Shown in pieces: positions 7,581 to 15,298 of a DNA stretch of 15,598 bases (positions within the stretch are counted from its first letter, which is position 1; each line of letters starts with the position of its first letter). This DNA is from a bacterium (GTDB taxonomy: Bacteria > Zixibacteria > MSB-5A5 > GN15 > FEB-12), in assembly GCA_043811375.1 (NCBI GenBank), contig JBDRNJ010000089.1:1-15598 (forward strand), given 5' to 3'. The position numbers were made by a program, and so were the translations under genes. The notes beneath the pieces were generated by a model. That model searched no databases and was not told the DNA's origin. It worked only from the letters and a program-made list of their open reading frames with translations.

Positions 7581-7593
7581 AAGAAGACAGACC

Positions 7594-8745
7594 ATGGACA
7601 TCGCGATCCTACAACAGCATATACGACAGCTTGCCAATCTGCCCGAAACCGCTGACCCTGTGATATCCTGTTATGTCAATCTGACAAATACCGGGTCGCC
7701 CTGGAGCGAAGGACTTCGAGACCGGTTTGGTGTAATACTCGATGGAGCTACGGCAACTTATGAGAATTCGGATCTCGCCCAGCAGGTGTCTCAGATCCGC
7801 TCCTTTCTTGTATCATCTGAGATCAAGGGGGCGCGTGGTGCTGCAGTCTTCAGTCGTAGCGGAAAAGAGCCATTGTGGTTGACTATGAAGTTCTCTGTGC
7901 CCGTGCCAACCTGGGTTTCGGTCGACACGTTGCCCAACATCTACCACCTGGTAGAACTGAATGATCGCTATCAGAGATACGTCGTTCTCTTGTCATCACC
8001 GAATAGTGCAAGGATTTTCGATATCGCTCTCGGGGAAGTATCAAAGCAACTTCTAATGCAGAAGCCGTCACTGCGCAAGAGGGTCGGTCGCGAGTGGACC
8101 AGAGTACACTACCAGAATCACTTGCGTGAACGAGACCTGCGGTTTCTTCGTGAGAAGGTGGCAATCCTCGATCACCTTTTGTCCGACAAGGGATCGGGAT
8201 ATCTGGTTTTGGCCGGTGATAGTCATATATCAGAGGAAATCCGATCGGCGCTGCCAAAGCATTTGGCAGCGCTGGTCGTGGATGTAGTACCTCTTGGCAG
8301 GAATATCTCAGAAGATGAGATTGTGAACAGCAGTCTGCAGAGCATCATAGCGGCGCAGGAGCGAGAATCCGAGGCACCAGTGGAGAAGTTGTTAAAGGCC
8401 TTCTACAAGGACGACCTAGCTGTGGTCGGTGTGGCTGAGTGTCTTCAGAGCCTGGCCCGTCACCAGGCAGATATGCTGCTCATCGCGAACGATGGAGATC
8501 TCGGACGGGCTCGGTTGTGCCTGGCGTGCGGATGGGCTGTGACCGGTCGCCCATTGCCAGACGCTTGCATGGAATGCGGCGGAGAGCTATCTCCTGCTCG
8601 GGACGCTCGGGAAGAGCTTGTGCGTCTGGCGGGGATTGCGGGGCGTCCGGTGGAGACAGTTACCAAATCGGCACAACTTAGTGCCCTCGGAGGTGCAGGT
8701 TGCCTCCTGCGGTACGCAACAGTAGGTTCTAAAAAACACAGATAA
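7594..8745 (+). CDS. Bacterial archaeo-eukaryotic release factor homologue (baeRF, family-10-like; aRF1/Pelota fold) with Zn ribbon, lacking GGQ
   Basis: N-domain PVISCYVNL and RGAAVFS. Middle domain RYVVLL...ARIFDIALG and YLVLAGD. eRF1_3-type C-domain AVVGVAECLQSL...ADMLLI with CLACG...CMECG, EELVRLA and LSALGGAGCLLRY (compare GGIGALLRY). Confidence 0.85.
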   Translation: MDIAILQQHIRQLANLPETADPVISCYVNLTNTGSPWSEGLRDRFGVILDGATATYENSDLAQQVSQIRSFLVSSEIKGARGAAVFSRSGKEPLWLTMKFSVPVPTWVSVDTLPNIYHLVELNDRYQRYVVLLSSPNSARIFDIALGEVSKQLLMQKPSLRKRVGREWTRVHYQNHLRERDLRFLREKVAILDHLLSDKGSGYLVLAGDSHISEEIRSALPKHLAALVVDVVPLGRNISEDEIVNSSLQSIIAAQERESEAPVEKLLKAFYKDDLAVVGVAECLQSLARHQADMLLIANDGDLGRARLCLACGWAVTGRPLPDACMECGGELSPARDAREELVRLAGIAGRPVETVTKSAQLSALGGAGCLLRYATVGSKKHR

Positions 8746-8798
8746 CACGGGAATGCTCCGGTGCCAATAGGTCCGGACAAATGTGAAGGGAAACAGCT

Positions 8799-9248
8799 AT
8801 GCAGATCTCAAGATGGGAACCGTTTGGTGGTCTGACCAGCCTCAGAAGGGAAATGGACCGCCTGTTCGAATCGTTCTTCGACAGGGATTCCAGGACAGCC
8901 GTTACCAATGGAGACTGGACACCGCGATTTGATCTGGCCGAGTTCAAGGACTCGATAGTAATACGCGCGGACCTGCCAGGTATGGACGAAAAGGATATCT
9001 CGGTCTCGCTCTCGGGCGATAACCTGATCGTCAGGGGAGAGAGGAAATCAGAAAAAGACGAAAAGGATAAACACTATCACAGGGTGGAGTGCAGCTATGG
9101 CATGTTCCAACGCATCATCCCTATGCCAGTGACAGTAGAGGTCGGAAAAGTCAAGGCACAATATGAGAAGGGAGTCTTAGAGTTGGTGTTGCCCAAGAAG
9201 GCTGAAGCCAAACCGAAGGAGATCCCAATCACGGCCAAGAAGAAGTAG
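8799..9248 (+). CDS. Hsp20/alpha-crystallin small heat shock protein
   Basis: RWEPF...LRREMDRLFESFF, WTPRFD, ADLPGMDEKDI, LIVRGERK, YGMFQRIIPMP, AQYEKGVLELVLPK, C-terminal IPI motif. Confidence 0.97.
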   Translation: MQISRWEPFGGLTSLRREMDRLFESFFDRDSRTAVTNGDWTPRFDLAEFKDSIVIRADLPGMDEKDISVSLSGDNLIVRGERKSEKDEKDKHYHRVECSYGMFQRIIPMPVTVEVGKVKAQYEKGVLELVLPKKAEAKPKEIPITAKKK

Positions 9249-9289
9249 GGTTGGTATGAAGATGAGTCCTGCAATTGACGGAGTGAAAG

Positions 9290-9496
9290 ATGGAACAGAA
9301 GATTGGCGAAACGGCTGGCAAGATCTGGAAAGAGTTGAGCAAGAGCGGTGAAATGGCAATTTCCCAGGTGCCAAAGGCAATCAAGGAGCGGGATACAATC
9401 AGCTACCTGGCAATGGGGTGGCTCGCCCGTGAAGGCAAGCTTATATTCCGGACTAAGGGCAACAAAACGCTCGTTGTGGTAGGAGAAAAGGACTGA
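9290..9496 (+). CDS. Small winged helix-turn-helix protein, DUF2582 family
   Basis: IGETAGKIWKEL and YLAMGWLAREGKL signatures; GGAG SD; 68 aa. Confidence 0.9.
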   Translation: MEQKIGETAGKIWKELSKSGEMAISQVPKAIKERDTISYLAMGWLAREGKLIFRTKGNKTLVVVGEKD

Positions 9497-9514
9497 AGTG
9501 TCATCAGGTGCGAC

Positions 9515-9546
9515 AAATAGCGGGAGAATCTCAGACCGCTGTTTAA
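9515..9546 (+). terminator. Possible terminator hairpin after the DUF2582 gene
   Basis: AAATAGCGG (9515-9523) pairs with CCGCTGTTT (9536-9544) with one G-U pair. The U tract is short, so the call is weak. Confidence 0.3.
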
Positions 9547-9618
9547 CGCTTGCCCGGCGAGCAGAATTCCGTTTCGTACGGTAGTCGTTCAGCTAAGAGT
9601 TGGTGAGTTTCCCAATTT

Positions 9619-10560
9619 ATGTGTCTGGTGCCTATGGTATATGCACAATCAACTAGGCTATTTCTGTTCTCAGTCGTTTATTGCGTATTGTTCCTGACGG
9701 TGTTTGGAGCAGGGTCAGATGATCCAACCGGGAGCATCGACAGCGTCCTCGTAGCCGATACTGTCCCAGAATGCGCCGCCTCAACCTCTCTGGAATTCGT
9801 GGCACTGGGTATCCCTGCCCGCACAGACACCGCCATCAGCGGGTCGCAATTTGCTGCAATGACGAAAGGTTGGCTGGGACGTGAACGACAGGAGGCAGCG
9901 TTGAAGGAATTCCGGAGCGGTGATGTTCCGTCGTTCCTTCGTCGTCTCAAACCGGTTCATTTGGAACATATGACCCGGGATGGAAAGACGATCCGGGCGG
10001 TAATTTGGGTCACCCCCGATTACCTTGCGTTAGGCTCAGATGAAGATTACCTGCGGATGCCGCTCACACGGCCCACGGCGGTCACTATCGCGGCTGAGTT
10101 CAAATGCACTCTCCCGACCCGTAAGATCGTGGATGCTATTGCGGAACAAGCTGATTTCAGATTTAAACCGCAGCCCTTACCGCCCGGGAAGATGATGCGT
10201 TCGAGCGAGTATTATGTCAGGCACAATCAGCTAATCGAAGATCAGCGACGCGGAAGGCCATTGGGGGAACTCCTGGCAGGACACAAGAAGGATGTCGTTT
10301 TGTCAAATCGACTTTTTGGTCCGGAGAGAATAGCGATTTACGGTTGGCATCGTATAAGCGGCGAGCCTATTCAACCACTCAGTACGGTGCATGGCGCGAG
10401 ATACGCCGATTACAGCCACGGCATTCGCCTCGTGTACGCGCAAGTATGTATAGATGGTGAATTGCGCTCAATTTACGATGTGCTGGCAGACCCTGACCTT
10501 GCTCCAGTCTTGAGCTATGAGGGTCTCCTTCCAAGAATAAAGCGACTAATGAAATGGTAG
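9619..10560 (+). CDS. Exported uncharacterised protein (possible divergent C-type-lectin/FGE-like fold)
   Basis: Hydrophobic N-terminal signal. Motif-rich core: PDYLALGSDEDYLRMP, TLPTRKIVDAI, AGHKKDVV, AIYGWH, PIQPLSTVH, YADYSHGIRLV. Start uncertain (9619 or 9634). Confidence 0.8.
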   Translation: MCLVPMVYAQSTRLFLFSVVYCVLFLTVFGAGSDDPTGSIDSVLVADTVPECAASTSLEFVALGIPARTDTAISGSQFAAMTKGWLGRERQEAALKEFRSGDVPSFLRRLKPVHLEHMTRDGKTIRAVIWVTPDYLALGSDEDYLRMPLTRPTAVTIAAEFKCTLPTRKIVDAIAEQADFRFKPQPLPPGKMMRSSEYYVRHNQLIEDQRRGRPLGELLAGHKKDVVLSNRLFGPERIAIYGWHRISGEPIQPLSTVHGARYADYSHGIRLVYAQVCIDGELRSIYDVLADPDLAPVLSYEGLLPRIKRLMKW

Positions 10561-10564
10561 AAAA

Positions 10565-11578
10565 CTACTGCACAGTGTCGTTTTCGACATCACAGCAGCA
10601 GCGAAAACCGAGATGATAGTTCCGGTGACTCTTGGGGTCCGTCACTCGACTGCCGTGCCAATACGGTGCTCGCCATCGGCACCAATCCTCGTGGGCCTTA
10701 TAGCTGTCAAAGACGAACCAGCTTCCTTTCATCTCGGTATAGCCGTAGACCTTACTGCCCAGACTTGCCATCTGAGATGAATCGAGCGGCAGATTCATAT
10801 GTTCCGCGGCGTTCCCGTGTAGGTCGTAAACGCCTAAGGGGCTAATACAGTCGGGAAACGAACCGCAAGGATAGGTGTTGGACCCACAAAGCGACCAACT
10901 CCCACCATCGCACTGGCTGTCTTTTCGGCTACCGGTGCCGCAGATACCGATTCGGTACTCATCCCCGTACGCCCAAGACTTTCGGATACCCCACTTCGCG
11001 TTATGTGACTGGCGCATGAGACGTATGGCATCCATAGTAGTCTTACCGGCTGCCAAGTCGAAGCGATAGTCAGGGGGCAACAAAGCACCATCACACGCCC
11101 CTTCCCACTCGTGGGCGTCGCACAGACGCTTACCGAGGATTTCGCAAATACGGGCTGCTTCACTCGCCCGCACCCAGACAACAGGGTATTCACAGGGAAT
11201 GTTAGGGAATTCGAATTGATCGATACACACTGAGGCATCTTCCGGGGTCTGAGTTTCTGGATCATACAATGGGGCCATGAACGGGCGGCCACAAATCTCC
11301 AAGAAGACCAGATCCTGATAATCGACTGCCGTTTTAGCCAGAGTATCGCGACATTCAGCGTCCGAGATCGGATGATTAGAAATAGCGGGATTGCCTTGGC
11401 CGATGTACCCGGACTGCTCAAAAATCGCTCTCAGTGAGTCAACTTGGACATCAGAAAGACCATGAGTCACTTGCATCCGAGAGAGAAGCAGCTCATTTGC
11501 CTCCTTCAGGGTTGTTCGGCCTGCCGGAAGGATCGGCAGTGCGGAGAGAATCATCATCAGAATGAGAATGGCTCTCAT
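10565..11578 (-). CDS. Secreted FGE-sulfatase (SUMF1-like, C-type lectin fold) domain protein
   Basis: Signal peptide, CIDQFEFPN, PVVWV...A...C...GKRLCDAHEWEGAC, SPLGVYDLHGNAAEH, KGSW and YHLGFRCC. GGAGG SD and ATGA overlap with the upstream gene. Confidence 0.88.
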   Translation of the reverse strand: MRAILILMMILSALPILPAGRTTLKEANELLLSRMQVTHGLSDVQVDSLRAIFEQSGYIGQGNPAISNHPISDAECRDTLAKTAVDYQDLVFLEICGRPFMAPLYDPETQTPEDASVCIDQFEFPNIPCEYPVVWVRASEAARICEILGKRLCDAHEWEGACDGALLPPDYRFDLAAGKTTMDAIRLMRQSHNAKWGIRKSWAYGDEYRIGICGTGSRKDSQCDGGSWSLCGSNTYPCGSFPDCISPLGVYDLHGNAAEHMNLPLDSSQMASLGSKVYGYTEMKGSWFVFDSYKAHEDWCRWRAPYWHGSRVTDPKSHRNYHLGFRCCCDVENDTVQ

Positions 11579-13356
11579 TCTGTAACCTCCGCCTTGTCCT
11601 TCCGCAGCAAGTAGAAAAAATCACGGTTGTCGGAATACCCTATGTAACGCGGAAGTTCTACTCCGTCGACAGGCGGGTCCACTTCGGCCATTTCCTTGAC
11701 TAACCTCTGTACCACAAACTGATCTTCCTCAACCCGGTATATGGCCAGGTAAGTATGTTCCGGGGCATTCATGTCAAGGTGCATCGCATAGCTACAGTTG
11801 CATGAGTTTAGTACTCTGGCCATCGTGGATGGTATGGCTGCCGAAAAGTAAGCATAGATCAGAAAACTTGTGCTGTCGGTCTCCTGGATACATGTTCCTG
11901 CTCTCAATGTGCGAAGCTCTTTGCTTTCCGAACCGGACCAGTTGCCCTTGGCCCAGTCCTTAACAAATCTGCCAGGGAGTAGGCTCCAGGACCCAGTGTC
12001 TGGTTCGAGCAAGGGTACACCATTCTGGCGAGCGTATCTGATGTGTGGCAGTAATACCGAATCTTCCTTCTTCCAAGTTTGCATATCAACGCGGCCGTCG
12101 TCATGAACCAGAAGGGTTGCCAGGCCGGGTTGCAATATGCTGATTACTACCCCGTTTACCATGAAACCATAGTGCGTACCATGATTCTGGTTTGCCAAGT
12201 CCCCCCATTTGAAAGCACCATGGCTACGTTTGAACCCGCCCGCAAAAGTGGCTGCTACCTTGGTAACTTCGCGAGGGTTGATCTTACCGGTCCGAACCAG
12301 GGGAAACACGTTGTCAAAACCGTCCGGCCCAGGAAGTTCAGAATCTCGAGATGACTCGGGGATGCGGTCCGACCAGCCGACCCTGGGGTGGTCGGTACCC
12401 AGCGCAAAGCCAAGGTCGAACATTGAAAGGTCGAAGGCAACTAGATACACAAGGGCTGACAACTCTTTGTCTTCTAACGGGCTGAGTAAGCCCCGTTGCA
12501 CCCAGGAGGATTCCTGCTGAACAAGCTCCGGCCTAACAGAACTTACAAATACACCTGCGTACCCGGGGACTGGATACCAACGTCCAGGTCTCATGCCCCC
12601 GCCTGGGTCTCTTTCGATAGTGAAGTTCAACTCCGGTGCATTGAGCGCGATAGAATCCGCCCTGGCAATTGTCTTTAGCCTAACCGGACGACCTCGGTGT
12701 GAGGGATCGGCGCCCGCTGCCTTTTGATTCTGACTGATGCCAGTTTGACGATACTTGTCGCGAAAAAATTTCTCTTTAATGAAGTTGGTTATGTTTTCGC
12801 CATACTTAACTCGATCTCGAAGCAGATCAACTGCCCATTCTTTTTTAGTTCTTCGTCCTTCCGTCTGATTTCTCAGATAGACAGTCCCATTGCATAATTC
12901 TACAAATGGGCGTTTTGTATTCTGAGATAAATTAAAGAGAGAATCTCTGCCCGCCTGCCACAACACGCAGCGATCTCCTGTCGAATCCTTTACCAAAACG
13001 CGTCCGGCGAGTTCGTCAAGTTCCAGCTTGTATATTCCGGGAAAAGCGTTTTCTAAATGGTAAGATCTGGTCACTCCGGAAGCCGTTCGATACTCTAAAA
13101 TGTACCAGGAGTCAATATTCGGATTCAGATTGATGAGTTTGACCGACCCGCCTGGTTCACTCTTTACCATAGCCGATGACTTCACCAGCCATGGTTGTAG
13201 GTCGAGTACTGATAGACCTTGACCGCGAGCGGTCACCAAACCAGCTACCAGAAGTAATGCCAACACCACTGCCGAAAGCCCAAAGCGCCTTGGCGCACAA
13301 GACGATTCCGTGGTTATACTGAAATAATCCAAAAAACGTTTGACCGAACCTTGCAT
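11575..13356 (-). CDS. Exported uncharacterised protein with C-terminal phosphodiester-glycosidase (NAGPA/DUF2233)-like domain
   Basis: 593-aa ORF with a signal/TM segment. C-terminal half has ATFAGGFK, PGLATLLVHDDGRV, ARQNGVPLL, RTLRAG and YAMHLDMN (compare NGGF...R(S/T)A...AxNLDGG). The CDS is well supported; the domain call is by eye. Confidence 0.7.
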   Translation of the reverse strand: MQGSVKRFLDYFSITTESSCAPRRFGLSAVVLALLLVAGLVTARGQGLSVLDLQPWLVKSSAMVKSEPGGSVKLINLNPNIDSWYILEYRTASGVTRSYHLENAFPGIYKLELDELAGRVLVKDSTGDRCVLWQAGRDSLFNLSQNTKRPFVELCNGTVYLRNQTEGRRTKKEWAVDLLRDRVKYGENITNFIKEKFFRDKYRQTGISQNQKAAGADPSHRGRPVRLKTIARADSIALNAPELNFTIERDPGGGMRPGRWYPVPGYAGVFVSSVRPELVQQESSWVQRGLLSPLEDKELSALVYLVAFDLSMFDLGFALGTDHPRVGWSDRIPESSRDSELPGPDGFDNVFPLVRTGKINPREVTKVAATFAGGFKRSHGAFKWGDLANQNHGTHYGFMVNGVVISILQPGLATLLVHDDGRVDMQTWKKEDSVLLPHIRYARQNGVPLLEPDTGSWSLLPGRFVKDWAKGNWSGSESKELRTLRAGTCIQETDSTSFLIYAYFSAAIPSTMARVLNSCNCSYAMHLDMNAPEHTYLAIYRVEEDQFVVQRLVKEMAEVDPPVDGVELPRYIGYSDNRDFFYLLRKDKAEVTE

Positions 13357-13547
13357 TATGATCTACTGCTCCGTTCTCACCAAAAGCATCAGATAGCCAA
13401 CCACAGAAGTATAATGAGTTGTTGAAACAATCGCACGATTCTTTTGGAAAACTAGTTGGCCTTATTCCGTGTTTCACATTTCCAGACAGGCAATGGCACT
13501 ACACGAATTCTTGTTGCCAGTTTTTGGAGTGTATCACGTTATTAAGC

Positions 13548-13561
13548 TTGACCAAGGTCAA
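13548..13561. promoter_or_regulatory. FNR/CRP-family-like palindromic box
   Basis: TTGAC-CAAG-GTCAA, the same geometry as the FNR box TTGAT-N4-ATCAA, in the divergent intergenic region. Confidence 0.4.
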
Positions 13562-13621
13562 ACACTCAACCGTTGAGATCGAATTGAGTTGATATTGAAT
13601 CTCATCAAGGAGTACAGGACA

Positions 13622-15289
13622 GTGAATCTTGTCAGATCATTGATTGTGATAGTAGTGACGACGCTCTTCAGCGGCCAAGTACTTTGTGATCCCCTGGACT
13701 CCGTTCGCGAGAGACTGAGACAGCGAATAGAGGCCGCCAGTGTGCCCCCAAAACTGGCTGTGGGCAATCAATTAGTCTATGCCTCCGTGGCCCTGCCCCT
13801 TTTCTACGAGCGAAGAAGCTTTTTGCCCGCTTGGGTTACAGACAACGGCCCGAAGCCGGCAATTCGCACCTTGATTGGTATTCTTTCTGAAGCAGACAAA
13901 GAGGGGGTGCGGCCGAGCGACTATCACCTTGAGAAGTTGCAGACACTGGATCGTCGGTTGCGCTCGTCTGCACAGGACAAGCGGCCTATGAATCGAGGCG
14001 AGCTCATAGATATAGAGCTTCTATGTACCGACGCCTTCTTGATCTTCGGATCGCACATGCTGTCCGGTCGAATCAATCCTGAGACCGTGGACGCCGAGTG
14101 GTTTGCCAACCGCAAAGAAGGCGACCTGGTAGCGGTGCTTGAAGCCGCTATTGTAAATGGATCAGTCGACAGCACCCTCAAGTCTTTACTACCGCGACAA
14201 CAGGAATACCGGAATCTAAGAGCGGCCCTCGTCCGGTACAGATCGGTCGTTGCCAATGGTGGTTGGGCCCCTGTTCCAGAGGGTCCTGCCCTCAAGAAGG
14301 GAGATACTGGTAACCGCATCGTGGCGTTGCGTCGACGTCTATTACTGTCCAGAGATATAGTAGCAGTACCGACTGACTCAGAAGGAGTCTTTGATGAGGA
14401 GCTGCAAACTGCTGTAGTCCGGTACCAATCACGTAACGGTTTAGAGTCGGATGGTGTTGTCGGCTCCGCTACACTGGCTGCCCTAAATGTCACTACACAG
14501 GAACGGGTTCAGCAGCTCGTGACAAACCTTGAGCGATGGAGATGGTTGCCGCAGGAACTGGAGGATAAATATGTCCTCGTCAACATCGCCAACTTCGAAC
14601 TGGTAGTTATGGAATACGATTCACCTCTACTTTCTATGCGTATTGTCGTAGGACGTTCTTATCGCAGGACTCCTGTGTTCAGCGATCGCATCACTTACCT
14701 TGTCCTGAATCCATATTGGCATGTTCCTCAAAGTCTGGCAGCGGCAGACATTCTGCCCGCGATCAAAAAGGACTCTACCTATCTAGTTGATAACGATTTT
14801 GAGGTCTTTCTTGGGTGGGGAGCTGACGCGTTGTCAATAGACCCACGCGATGTTGATTGGAGCGAAATCAGCGGCAGAAACCTGCAATACCGCTTCCGAC
14901 AGAGACCAGGATCAAAAAACGCTCTGGGTCGCGTGAAGATCATGTTCCCAAACCAGTTTAATGTCTATCTCCATGATACGCCGGCCAAAGGGCTGTTTGC
15001 CAAAGCCAAAAGAGATTTCTCCTCCGGCTGTATCCGCATCGCTAAGCCGCTTGAGCTAACAGATTATCTGCTCGGACATGACAGCCGTTGGAATAGAAGT
15101 CGAATCGAAACAACTTTACAGCAGAGTGCTGAAGAAACTGTCCGGATTCCGGCAAGTATTCCTATACACATTCTGTATTGGACTGCGTGGGTTGACGAAG
15201 ATGGAACTGTGCACTTCCGACAGGATATCTACGACCGTGACAGACCCCTGTGGGAGGCCTTGTCGGAAGAACCTCCAGAGGTCGAATAA
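13622..15289 (+). CDS. ycbB: Murein L,D-transpeptidase, YcbB/LdtD type (scaffold + PG-binding + YkuD domains)
   Basis: FYERRSFLPAW, GVRPSDYH, PG-binding AVVRYQSRNGLESDGVVGSATLAALN, NLERWRWLP, VNIANFEL, VVGR...TP, NPYWHVP, RQRPGSKNALGRVKIMFPN, catalytic YLHDTP...SSGCIR, FRQDIYDRD. AAGGAG (13607-13612) favours GTG 13622 over TTG 13589 and yields a clean signal peptide. Confidence 0.95.
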   Translation: MNLVRSLIVIVVTTLFSGQVLCDPLDSVRERLRQRIEAASVPPKLAVGNQLVYASVALPLFYERRSFLPAWVTDNGPKPAIRTLIGILSEADKEGVRPSDYHLEKLQTLDRRLRSSAQDKRPMNRGELIDIELLCTDAFLIFGSHMLSGRINPETVDAEWFANRKEGDLVAVLEAAIVNGSVDSTLKSLLPRQQEYRNLRAALVRYRSVVANGGWAPVPEGPALKKGDTGNRIVALRRRLLLSRDIVAVPTDSEGVFDEELQTAVVRYQSRNGLESDGVVGSATLAALNVTTQERVQQLVTNLERWRWLPQELEDKYVLVNIANFELVVMEYDSPLLSMRIVVGRSYRRTPVFSDRITYLVLNPYWHVPQSLAAADILPAIKKDSTYLVDNDFEVFLGWGADALSIDPRDVDWSEISGRNLQYRFRQRPGSKNALGRVKIMFPNQFNVYLHDTPAKGLFAKAKRDFSSGCIRIAKPLELTDYLLGHDSRWNRSRIETTLQQSAEETVRIPASIPIHILYWTAWVDEDGTVHFRQDIYDRDRPLWEALSEEPPEVE

Positions 15290-15298
15290 AGGCGCATT

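Noticed and set aside
10565..10700. FGE/C-lectin gene as a diversity-generating retroelement target
   Set aside because: No reverse transcriptase and no template repeat copy of its 3' end visible in the window.
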